This document shows, piece after piece, positions 20,736 to 43,621 of a stretch of 64,000 bases of DNA. Origin of the DNA: the human T2T-CHM13v2.0 reference genome, Homo sapiens. A model generated the notes under the pieces. It was given only the letters and a program-made list of their open reading frames with translations, was not told where the DNA came from and searched no databases. A program made the translations under genes and the position numbers. The DNA is taken from the NCBI RefSeq assembly GCF_009914755.1, contig NC_060941.1; one strand, 5' to 3'. Each line of letters opens with the position of its first letter. Within the stretch, counting starts at the first letter, position 1.

Positions 20736-21589
20736 TAAAGTGCTGGGATTACAGGTGTGAGCCACCATGCCTGGCCTCATGGCTTAATAATATTTGATTG
20801 TATGGATATACATATATATTTCGGACATTTGGGTTGTTTCCAGTTTTTGGCTATTATGAACATTCACATACAAGCTTTTATTTAACCACTTGCTTTCAGT
20901 TCTTTGGGATATATACCTAGGGGTGGGATTGCTGGGTCATGTGTAATTTTATGTTTAGGTTTTTGAGGAGCTGCCAAACTGGTTTCCACAGTGCCTGCAC
21001 CGTTTTACATTCCCACCTACAGTGTACGATGGTTCCAATTTCTCTACATCCTGGCCAGCACTGTACTTTCTGTCTTTTTGGTCCTAGCCATTCTAGTAGG
21101 TGTGAAGTGGTATCTCATTGTGATTTTGATTTGCATTTCCCTAATGACTAATCATGTTGGAAATCTTTTCATCTACTGGCAATTTGTATATCTTCTTTGA
21201 ATAAATTTCTGTTCAAATCCTTTGTCTAGTTTTCAGTTGGGTTACATGTCTTCTTTTGTTGAGTTGTAAAACTTCCTTATATGTTCTCGATGCTAGACCC
21301 TCATCAAATATTTGATTTGCAAATATTTTCTTCCATTCTGTGGTTTGTCTTTTCACTTTTTCATAGTGACCTTTAAAACACAAAAGTTTTAAATTTAAAA
21401 ATCTAAAATAAGGCCGACGTGGTGGCTCACGCCTGTAATCCCAGCACTTTGGGGGGCTGAGGTGGGCAGATCACCTGAGGTCAGGAGTTTGAGACCAGCC
21501 TGACCAACATGGAGAAACCCCGTCTCTACTAAAAATACAAGATTAGCTGGGTGCGTGTAATCCCAGCTACTTGGGAGGCTGAGGCATCA

Positions 21590-21721
<132 letters not shown>

Positions 21722-21732
21722 TTATTTTTTTA

Positions 21733-21836
21733 CATCAGATAGGCAATGTGCTGATGTCATAGTAAGGTTTGAGAGCGGCACATCTCAGACATGAGTGTGA
21801 AAACCCAATCGCTGTGCTTGTGAACCACAAAAGGAT
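21733..21836 (-). pseudogene. U13 snoRNA (SNORD13) retropseudogene
   Basis: Reverse complement atccttttgtggttcacaagcacagcgattgggttttcacactcatgtctgagatgtgcc...cacattgcctatctga aligns end to end with recalled U13 (ATCCTTTTGTAGTTCATGAGCGTGATGATTGGG...CTGA); short A tail; box C degraded. Confidence 0.9.
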
Positions 21837-22196
21837 CATAAGTTTTATTTTATTTTATTTTTTGAGACAGAGTCTTGCTCTGTTGCCCAGGCTGGAGTGC
21901 AGTGGGGCAATCTCGATTGAACGCAACCTCCGCCTCCCCAGTTCAAGCTATTCTCCTGCCTCAGCCTCCCAGCAGCTGGGATTACAGGCATGCACCGCCA
22001 CGCCCAGCTAATTTTTTGTATTTTTAGTAGACACAGTTTTACCATGTTGCCCAGGCTGGCCTGGAACTCCTGAGCTCAGGCAGTCCACCCACCTCAGCCT
22101 CCCAAAGTACTAGGATTACAAGTGTGAGCCACTGTGCCTGGCCTAGGATCAACATTTTTAAATTTTGATAAAGTTCAGGCCAGGCATGGTGACTCA

Positions 22197-22655
<459 letters not shown>

Positions 22656-22757
22656 CTAGTCAAATGCAGTAGTAAGAAGGGGAAAGAATAGAACAAGTTC
22701 AATCTGTAACTCAATGTGAACAATCAATTGAGATAACTCACTACGTTTGGACCAGCC
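22656..22757 (-). pseudogene. Y1 RNA (RNY1) retropseudogene
   Basis: Reverse complement ggctggtccaaacgtagtgagttatctcaattgattgttcacattgagttacagattgaacttgttct...ctactgcatttgactag matches recalled hY1. Confidence 0.93.
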
Positions 22758-22949
22758 TTCTTTTTTTCTTTTAGTTCCTTGTGCCTTGGTTTAACATCTA
22801 AGAAAACATTCCTGAATGCAAGGTCACAAAGATTTATGCCTATGTTTTCTTCTAAGAGTTTTATAGTTTCAGCTCTTACATTTAGGTCTTTGGTCCATTT
22901 GGAGTTAATTTTTGCATATGGTGTGGGGTAGGGGTCCAAATTCATTCTT

Positions 22950-23262
<313 letters not shown>

Positions 23263-23346
23263 CCAAATTCATTCTTATTCATATGGATATCCATTTGTCC
23301 CAGCACCATTTGTTGAAAATACATTTTTCCCCATTGTATTGTCTGA

Positions 23347-24976
<1,630 letters not shown>

Positions 24977-25639
24977 TAGAGCAGTTTACAGAATTGGGTA
25001 TGAATGGGAGGTGGGAGTGCTTCCTTTTCTTGGTACCCACCTATTAGCATACAGTGGTTATGCTAAGACAGAATCCTGCCCATAATGATGAGACACCTGC
25101 CCTATTTCATGATCTCATTCAATAGTATCATGTGAAAGGGTTGAAGGATGCAGAATTGGGCCAGTAGTGCTCAGAACCTTGAAAGAGTTGGAAATTCTCT
25201 CTGGAGTGGGGCAAATCTACAGCTTATAAAGAAAGCGAGTTGTCCTGGAAAGCGCAGCACATAGGTCACCAGGGATGGCCAGCAGGAGGTAAAGAAAGTC
25301 TCCTAGAAGGTGGTTGGGCCGGGGAGGTGAGCAGCCTGCCTGGTAGAGAAGCATGTTGGAAAGTGCTCCACCTGGGAGCTGGGGCCCAGGGACAGAATGC
25401 CACTTATGAGGCATGAGTGAGGGCAGGAGAAAGGAGGAAGTGACAAGATGCCCCAGGCCTAGGGGAACCTGTGTCCTAGTAGGTCACCAGGCCCTATGTT
25501 AAAGAAACGGGAACCTGAAGACCAGAAGGCAACTTGGTGTCAGGAACAAGGTAACGTTATGATTGGTTATCATAACTGGGGCACGAGATCAGAGCTAGAT
25601 GGACTTGCTCCTTATTCCTCTTACAGAGAGTAATAATGA

Positions 25640-26060
25640 TTTTCATCCTGGGGGTACTTAATAAGGGCTAAGCACTTATGTATATTAATTTGTTTAATCT
25701 ACACAACAATCCTGGGAAATAGATTCTGTTACTGTTCCTGTGTTACAGGAACTGGGAAACTGAGGCACAGAGAGGGGAGTGGCAGAGCCAGGATTTGAAC
25801 CCAGATACTCTGGCTCCAGAGTGCAAGCTCCCTTCCCATGGTACTGCACTTCTTCTGGAAAAAGCATGGTTTAGGGAGTCAAACAGGCTTGGTTTCTAAT
25901 CTTCATTTCAACCTCTTACTATCTTTCTTTTATGACCTTAGGCAAGTCAACGAAATTTTCTGTGACCCACAGTTTCCTTATTTATAAAATAAGAAGCATG
26001 AGATTCAGATCACACATGGAAGTGCCTCACCCCTTGCCTGGCCCTCGGTAGGGACTTAGT
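25640..26060. mobile_element. MIR fragments
   Basis: gggaaactgaggcacagagagg...ggatttgaacccag and tgaccttaggcaagtc...cagtttccttatttataaaat core motifs. Confidence 0.75.
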
Positions 26061-26442
26061 AAATAGCCATTAATACTACTCCTACAAATAAACCTTTCCA
26101 AACTGAGCACAGGACTTGGCCTGGAGCCCGGGGCAGGGTTTAATGTGTGCTGAGGATGGGGTAATTTATCTAGGAGGGATGAGAAACATGGGGGTCAAAA
26201 TTCCAAGTAGATACTGACAAAACTAGGTGCTGATGGCACAAGCTCCAGGAGCCTTGGAATTAGCCAAGTTCTCCAACTCGACTGGAGACTAGGTTAAAAT
26301 CTCAAAGACCTCATCCCTCATCCCTGTAATTAGCCTCTTGATTGCCTGTGACCTTACCTTAAATAAGCCCTGATTTAACCTAAAAGAGAAGAAATCAGAA
26401 CATGACAAGATCTGCTGTTTCATCTTCTTACATATTTCTCTT

Positions 26443-26744
<302 letters not shown>

Positions 26745-27278
26745 TCATATTTCTCTTTATACTTAACTTCCTTTTTCCTTATCTTTCCCATTTGCAAGTT
26801 ACTTTCTAGTTCTTATCGATCATTTCCTTATTACTGTTTTTTCCTCCTTAATGAGTTGGTTGCTAGATAATACCTTCGGTGTTTTTGAGAATCTGAGAAT
26901 GATGGAGGAGAAATGGAAAGATAGGAATAGAAAGAGATTACATTAGGAATTAAATTTCTTGTTCCTCTTTTTCTGATATGAAACCAAATTGGAGGTTAGA
27001 TCATCCAGAAAGAGAATTCAGTGTTTTCCAGTTTTCCAACCTGCTTGCTCATAAGAATGACTTGGAGTGGTAGATCTTGATTCAGTCGTTCTGAGGATAG
27101 CACAAAGAATTTGTATTTTTAGCAAACACTCTCCATGATTATAGTATTATATGGGAATTAAACTTAAACCTTCTTTAAATAAAGCCCCCAAGTTTGACCC
27201 ATTAGCTCAGCTATAGAATTACTGAATATTTTTAGTATGGCAATACTGTCAAGAAAAAGCACTTTATAATGTGCTTAA

Positions 27279-27281
27279 TTT

Positions 27282-27341
<60 letters not shown>

Positions 27342-27343
27342 TT
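27279..27343. repeat. (TTTC)n tetranucleotide STR
   Basis: About 15 perfect units; likely the decayed tail of the antisense L1M fragment that hosts the COX5A copy. Confidence 0.95.
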
Positions 27344-27382
27344 TGGAAAAGTTTAAGGCTATATAAAAAATAGAGAGAATGG

Positions 27383-28016
27383 GGCTTCTCGCTATGCTCA
27401 GCCTGTGTGTCATCATTACTGTCATGCTGGCCATTGTTCTCTGCTGCTGTGCCCGGGCCCTGAGGCCTCCTTCACCTCTATCCCCACCACCACTATCCAG
27501 TCAGTTTGCTGCTGCTTCCGTGGTTCACATGAGGCAGATGAGGAGTTTGATGCATGCTGGGTGACATGCTTCAACAAGCCAGAGATAGATGCCTGGGAAT
27601 TGCATAAAGAATTGAACACACTTGCTGGCTATGACCTGGTTCCAGAACCCCAAATCATTGATGTTGCTTCGCAGGCATGCAGACAGTTCGATGCTTTTCC
27701 TAGGGCAGTTTGCATCCTAGAGGTTGTTAAGGACAAGGCAGGACCTCATAAGAAAATGTCATCCAAGAACTCAGACCAACTTTAAATGAATTGGGAATCC
27801 CCACTCCAGAGGACCTAGGCTTAGACAAAGTGTGAACCCCAGGGACAAGCGTTCCAGGGATTTATTGGTATTGCTACTTGATTGTAAACACTCCCCTGGA
27901 AATGCTGATGATAACATGTTACCTTATTTGAACACCTTTTTCTTTATTGAATACCAAACCATGTTATGGTAACTTGGACTTTAATAAAAGGGAAATGAGT
28001 TTGAACTGAAAAAAAA
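27383..28016 (+). pseudogene. COX5A (cytochrome c oxidase subunit 5A) processed pseudogene
   Basis: Translation [56 protein letters not shown]...[13 protein letters not shown] matches COX5A. ATG 27424, stop TGA 27833-27835 after GLDKV, frameshifts, no introns, AATAAA 27983, poly-A, and 18-bp TSD aaaaaatagagagaatgg (27365-27382, 28017-28034). Confidence 0.96.
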
Positions 28017-28149
28017 AAAAAATAGAGAGAATGGTGTGTTGGACTCCCATGTACCCTCAACCCAGCCTTATCAGTTTTCAAACCATGGCCAAGTAAGAGG
28101 CACTTTTGAAAGAGAACATAGGAGGAGTTACCAAACAGTAAAGGCAGAA

Positions 28150-28600
28150 ATTAAAAGCAACTGTGCCTGCTTTGTTTAGAATACCCAAAACCTGGAAACA
28201 ATCCAGATGCCCACCAATAGGTGAATGCATCAACCAATTGTGGTATATCTTTTCACTGGAATACTATTCAGCAGTGAAAAGGAAATGAACTATTTATACA
28301 TACAACATGCAAGAAGTTAAAAATAATTATGCCGAATGAAAAAAGCCCCACCCCCCCATATATACTGTATGCATCTATGTATATAAAATTCTGGAAAACT
28401 ATACATATGTAAAATTCTAAAGGTCTGCAACCTGCATTCCAAGGGCCAATTCCAGCCCATCACCTCTTCTTGTAAATAAGGTTTTATTGGAACACGGGCA
28501 CACTCAAGGTATTGCCTATGGATGCTTTTGTGTTACAATGGCAGAGTTGAGTAGTGGCCATATGGTGTGCAAAGCCAAAAATATTTGTCAACCCGCAGGG
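28150..28600. mobile_element. L1M fragment (+) followed by MER58A-like element
   Basis: ctggaaacaatccagatgcccacc...ggaatactattcagcag (L1); ttttattggaacac...acaatggcagagttgagtagt (MER58). Confidence 0.75.
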
Positions 28601-28787
28601 GTTGAAACAGACAGTAAACAACACAAAATAAATACAAACAGATAGGAATAATGACAAATCACAGTCAATGCCATGTCAATAGAGAATATCTGGGGCAAAG
28701 GGGAAGGTCCAGTTGAATTGAAATACTCGTCAGTTTCTGAGTGTGTTCTATAGAGTTTTTCTGTCTCTGTGTCTTTGCACATTCTCT

Positions 28788-29090
28788 CTTTTTTATTTTT
28801 ATTTTTTGAGACAGGGTCTTGCTCTGTCACCCAGGCTATATAGTGCAGTGGTATGATCTTGGCTCACTGCAACCTCTGCCTCCTGGGTTCAAGCGATTCT
28901 CCATCTCAGCCTCCTGAGTAGCTGGAACTACAGGTGTGTGCCACAAGGCCTGGCTAATTTTTGTATTTTTTGTGGAGACAGGGTTTCATCATGTTCACCA
29001 GGCTGGTCTCGAACTCCTGAACTCAAGCCATCCACCCTCCTCAGCTTCTCAAAGTGCTGGGATTACAGGCATGAGCTATCATGCCTGACC
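28788..29090 (-). mobile_element. Alu element
   Basis: TSD tctttgcacattctct. Confidence 0.95.
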
Positions 29091-29905
29091 TCTTTGCACA
29101 TTCTCTTGATCTGTTATGCTGTTTGTTGCCATCTACTGTTGTCAAATTCTACCTACCCTTCAGGGTCCAACTGAAATGCCACATTACCAGGAAAGGTTTT
29201 TCTCATTGTCCCTGCCATACTTCATTTCTCTTCTGCCCTTCTGTAGCTCAGGACCCTCTTTAGGTGTCACTCCCATTAGATTGTAAGTTTCCTAACAAGA
29301 CGCACGTCATCGTCTCCAAATCCTTTGGGTCAGCACAGCCTCTTTTATATTACCAGTCTAAGCCCCTTTGTGTGACATTTAAAGTCCGCCTGGACTGACT
29401 GTTCAGCCTCATCCTCTGCCCTTCCCTTGTGTCCTGGGCTCTGGCCAAATCAAACCACCGTTCCCCAAATGTACTATGTAGTTAACTTTTAATATTGCTT
29501 CTTTTTATTGCCTTGGTTCTCTCAAAAATCAGAATTAATGGAATGTTGGCTATTACAATTACGTGGACATGGTTATATAATGGCCTTGGCGATGCCCTTA
29601 ATAAATGAAATCTAAAATGTTACATTTTTTTTGGAACCCAGAAACTCATTCTAATTTTATTCTGCCTGAGGCTTTATAGCATTTTCTGAAGATCATGTTG
29701 TACTCTTCTTTCGTCTAGATGATTTGGTCAACAGTGATAAAGTTCCAACTTAGACTTGATAAATATGCAAGAGTCATGAAATATGAATGAAAACAGTGAC
29801 TTTTGAAAATCACGCTTACCTAAAAAAAAAAAATCCTGAGTATGGTTTATATTTACTATGTGTGTAAAAATGTACTGCCATTCTTCATTCTTCTTTGTTC
29901 GTTAG

Positions 29906-30017
29906 GTTGAAGAACAATTGTAAAAATTGAAGGCATGGCACTACCGCCGTTATGTATAGATTAATGTGGAAAATAGCACGTGGCGGGTGGCTAATGACTG
30001 GAGTCTTACGGACCCAG
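29906..30017 (+). other. Candidate 112-nt internal non-coding / 5'UTR exon
   Basis: Acceptor ttcttcattcttctttgttcgttag| and donor CAG|gtactt in unique sequence; several CpGs retained; short ORF MALPPLCID* in strong Kozak context (ggcATGg). Confidence 0.45.
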
Positions 30018-30112
30018 GTACTTACTGAAAAATTCACTTAATTTTGGACATAAGACTTGGTCCTTTTTTTGTACATAAATTTAAATCTCCCTTTCCTTGT
30101 TTACATGTATTG

Positions 30113-31964
<1,852 letters not shown>

Positions 31965-32471
31965 GTCAATGGAACAAGGCAGCGTATTGAAATATTCTTT
32001 CCTTGGGAAATGTATGTCATAAATCCTTTTACCAACAGATGATTTGGATCTTTAAGGCTCCCAGGCACATGACTTTATTCTCAGGAGATGGTTAGGCAGT
32101 AGATTAAGATCTGCTTATTGCCTTGAGACTATATAAAGCTCCCAATACCTATTTTTATTGGAGACCAAATTTCTAACTTGTTCAATTGGTCTGCTTATGG
32201 CAGTGCTGCTCTCCCAGTCATGGGAGAAGACAGTTTTACATTTAAATGGAATATTCTAACTTTGCTTAGTAAGTAAATACTGACCCAAAGATAAACAATG
32301 GGAGAAAATGGAATTTCAGTGTTTCATGCAAAAAGTTCCTATCACAAGGGAATCGCAGTTTTCATTCTTTGGGTAGGTAGGTAGATTTCTCCATGTTCTG
32401 TGAAACTGTGTTGTTGCGGGGAAGGAAGCAAAAGAACAAATCAATAGCTGAGGATGGGGGCATATTAGGAA

Positions 32472-36806
<4,335 letters not shown>

Positions 36807-37032
36807 TGATATACACTTAGTAAATGTTAGTTCAGCTCTAACAGACTCATCTGAGATTTTGATTCTGTAACTCCCAAGAGTTCAGTATGCTAGCATTTTT
36901 TTTTTTTTAACATGAGGAAGAGTTGGGTAAGGAAGAGCTGTGTTTTAATTGCATTACGGCTCAACTGCTAACTGTTTTGATATGTTGAACAAAGTCCATT
37001 GATTCTTCATGGAGGAGTGCTTGCTGGGGAGT

Positions 37033-37042
37033 GTGAGTCAGC
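37033..37042. promoter_or_regulatory. NF-E2/NRF2-sMAF antioxidant response element motif
   Basis: (g)tgagtcagca, reverse complement TGCTGACTCA, in unique sequence; HNF4-like caaagtcca about 40 bp upstream. Confidence 0.4.
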
Positions 37043-38280
37043 ACGTCTGCGTTATTAACTTGTTCGGAAGCTTTTTGTGGCAGATTGATTTTAAAAGCCC
37101 CCAAGGAAACAGAGGATTTTATTTAATAGAAATATTGTCAGAATGACATTGAGATTTGGGTTTAGCTTTCAAATCACTGGATACAAGTTGAATCAGGTCT
37201 TTTCTCTGACAGATATTGGAAACATGGTGTGTTGGAGAAATACTCTCCATTGCCTGGCAGGGCCCTTACCTTGGGAGAGGGGGATGATATTTGCCTGGAG
37301 CACCCCGGTGACCCCACCTAGCAGGCCTGACTTTCTAAAGGCAAGGATGTGGGCTTGGTACAGAGAGGTGGCGAAACCTGAATATTAGTATTTTCAAATC
37401 TGATTACTAGTATTTTCAACCGACCTGACTAGGCGCAAATCCATGCTCATTTAAATGAAAGTCTACCTGAAATCATGCCTCACTGCAACCATGCACTTCT
37501 GGGCTTAAGCGATCCTCCTGCCTCAGCCTCCCTGAAGGTCCACCTGCATTTGAATAAGGATGGATGTGCGCCCAGGTATGTCTTTGTGGGTTTCCATCCT
37601 ATAGTTCTGGAGCAAAGGACAAATGGAAGAAAGTTGCTAAAGAAAAGAAGAGCGTTTCTGTGGCTCCTTCAAGAGCAGTTACAGATTTCTGTCCTGAAGC
37701 CAGGAGGGAATATGTGGCCCAGGTCCCACAGTGGAGAGTTGCAATGCTCCCTCTTGGGCATCTCTGTCCTCATTTGGATTCAGGGCTGAAACTTCGGGAT
37801 CAGTTTCACAGAAGAGGTTTCAAGTAGATTTCTTGCAGTCCTGAAAGTCACACTTCTCTGAAATTGGTTTAACACCAATCCAAAACCTATTGGTGTTCCT
37901 GTTACATTTTACAACTCTTCATATGCCACTTAAGAAATGACCTCTCTAGAATTGTGACTCCAGCCTAGGCAACAGTGGGAGACTGTCTCAAAAAAAAAAA
38001 AAAAAAAAAAAAATAGAGTTGAGGATGAGGAGCTCAAGAATAAAAGTGAGATGGGATGGACAGAGAAAAAGCAGGAAAACTAGCGAATGGTATGGTAGAA
38101 GCCAATAGAGAAAGGACTTTCAAGGTGGAGGGAGAGAATTTAAGAGTTGGGACTTCTCTTCCAGCAAGAAGAGGAAGAATGGCATAAGAGGGACTGTGAT
38201 GTAGGCACTATGTCACCATCGTATTTAATCCAAACTATAACTATGCAAGATTACCACTTGACCTTCAAGAAAACTGGGCT

Positions 38281-38590
38281 GGCTGGGCGCAGTGGCTCAC
38301 TCCTGTAATCCCAGCACTTTGGGATGCCGAGGCAGGAAGATAACCTGAGGCCAGGAGTTCGAGACCAGCCTGGCCAACATGGTGAAACCTTGTCTCTTCT
38401 AAAAATTCAAGAATTAGCTGGGCGTGGTGGTGGGCGCCTGTAATCCCAGCTACTCAGGAGGCTGAGGCAGAGGAATCGCCTGAACCTGGGAGGCGAAGGT
38501 TGCAGTGATCCGGGATCGCACTACTGTGCTCCTGCTTGGGCGACAGAGGAAGACTCCGTCTCACAAAAACAAACAAACAAGCAAATATAC
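38281..38590 (+). mobile_element. AluS inside the retrocopy, splitting a MIR-like segment
   Basis: TSD aaaactgggct / aaaactgagct. Confidence 0.92.
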
Positions 38591-38720
38591 AAAACTGAGC
38601 TGAGGAGACAATTCGACAATTCATGCAGTCAATAAGTAGGTTGCAGAGGTTGGAGTACAGTGGCGTGATCGGCTCGCTGCAACCTCCGCCTCCTAGGTTC
38701 AGGCGATTCTCCTGCCTCAG

Positions 38721-39090
38721 TGTCAGGCCTCTCAGCCCAAGCTAAGCATGTGACCTTCGTGTATACATCCAGATGGCCTGAAGCAACTGAAGATCCACAA
38801 AAGAAGTGAAAATAGCCTTAACTGATGACATTCCATCATTGTGATTTGTTTCTGCCCCACCCTAACTGATCAATGTACTTTGTAATCTTCCCCACCCTTA
38901 AGAAGTTTCTTTATAATTCTCCCCACCCTTAAGAATGTACTTTGTGAGATCCACCCCCTGCCTGCAAAACATTCCTCCAAATTCCACCGCCTATCCCAAA
39001 ACCTGTAAGAACTAATGATAATCCACCACACTTCGCTGACTCTTTTCGGACTCAGCCCGCCTGCACCCAGGTGAAATAAACAGCCATGTT

Positions 39091-39091
<1 letters not shown>
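38721..39091 (+). mobile_element. HERV-H LTR7 (U3-R only, U5 absent)
   Basis: Starts tgtcaggcctctcagcccaagctaagc; contains atccagatggcctgaag, duplicated ccccacccttaagaa, and ggactcagcccgcctgcacccaggtgaaataaacagcc. Confidence 0.93.
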
Positions 39092-39166
<75 letters not shown>

Positions 39167-39180
39167 GGAGAGAGAGAGAG
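39092..39180. repeat. (GC)n(CA)n(GA)n compound microsatellite
   Basis: About 30 CA units; occupies the position expected for the retrocopy poly(A) tail. Confidence 0.95.
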
Positions 39181-39279
39181 AAATGACCTCTCTAGAGAAA
39201 GAAGAATCACCATGGTATGGGAGAATGAACCCCTCAGAAATGGTCACAGCTTATTCAAGTCCTAAACCCTTGCTATGGG

Positions 39280-39895
<616 letters not shown>

Positions 39896-40022
39896 AGGCC
39901 TCCCTCCTGCAATCCCTTTTGCTGATCGCTTCATAGACCATCATACACTTCCTGTGCTCTTTGGAGCTTGAAAATCATACTTTGGAGTAAGAAATTCTTT
40001 TGAATATAAATTACATATGTTT

Positions 40023-40637
40023 GGCTGTGGAGAAATAGGAATGCTTTTACACTGTTGGTGGGAAGGTAAATTCGTTCCACCATTGTGGAAGACAGTATGG
40101 GGATTCCTCAAGACTCTAGAACCAGAAATACCATTTGACCCAGCAATCCCATTACTGGGTATATACCCTAAGAAATATAAATCATTCTACTATAAAGACA
40201 CATGCACATGTATGTTTATTGTGGCACGATTTACAAGAGCAAACACATGGAATCAACCCAAATGCCCATCAACGATAGACTGGATAAAGAAAATGTGGTA
40301 CATATACACCATGGAATACTATACAGCCATAAAAAGGAATGAGATCATGTCCTTTGCAGGGACATGGATGAAGCTGGAAGCCATCATCCTCAACAAACTA
40401 ACAGAGGAACAGAAAACCAAACACCACGTGTTCTCACTCATAAGTGGGAGTTGAACAATGAGAACACATGGACACAGGGAGGGGAACAACACACACCGGG
40501 GCCTGTTGGAGGGTGGGGGGCGAGGGGAGGGATTTAGAGGATGGATCAATAGGTGCAGCAAACCACCATGGCACACATATACCTATGTAACAAAACTGCT
40601 CATTCTGCACATGTATCCCAGAACTTAAAAATAAAAA
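40023..40637 (+). mobile_element. 5'-truncated primate L1 (L1PA-type): ORF2 C-terminus and 3'UTR
   Basis: ORF 40017-40454 is L1 ORF2p C-terminus (HCWW...FDPAIPLLGIYP...WIKKMWYIYTMEYY); perfect 17-bp TSD ataaattacatatgttt (40006-40022, 40638-40654). Confidence 0.96.
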
Positions 40638-41023
40638 ATAAATTACATATGTTTAGAGAAAGGAAGCTTCCATATTTATGTATCATCATGATTTTTTTAA
40701 AAACTTATTTAATTTGCATACAAATTTGTTCCACATTTGTTTCCTGTAAAATGGATTCCTCATAAATGCTTGGTAAGAGTATCCATGTTTGATGTGAAAC
40801 AAACTGATGATGCTTGAATTCCTGTTTACTCTGAAGTTCTTTTCACATGCTGGTGAGTTCTGAGCACCATGCTTACATGCACCTCTCCTTTGCAGCAAAC
40901 ATAAGTTTTGAGGTCCCTGTGAGTCCTAATGGCACCGAGGTGCTGTCTCAGGTGACCTTCTCCTAATCCTGAAAAAGTCTCCATGATTGGCCCTGGAGGA
41001 GTTCTCCTGGTTGTCTGGAATGA

Positions 41024-43621
<2,598 letters not shown>

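Larger units (their letters stand above)
37951..39178 (+). pseudogene. L1-mediated retrocopy of a non-coding, LTR7-terminated transcript
   Basis: Perfect 18-bp TSD agaaatgacctctctaga (37933-37950, 39179-39196) at a TT/AAGA L1-endonuclease-type site; insert starts within an Alu 3' end and stops at the LTR7 poly(A) site. Confidence 0.8.

Noticed and set aside
27405-27785. COX5A-like ORF as a functional retrogene
   Set aside because: The authentic ATG is out of frame with the mature domain, the C-terminus is frameshifted, and there are many non-conservative changes.
38721-39091. LTR7 as an ordinary solo LTR or provirus end
   Set aside because: No U5, no 5-bp TSD, no primer-binding site, and the interrupted Alu does not resume; the retrocopy model fits better.
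40017-40454. 145-aa open L1 ORF2 C-terminal frame
   Set aside because: Part of a 0.6 kb 5'-truncated L1 with no promoter, endonuclease or RT; the ATG comes from the TSD.
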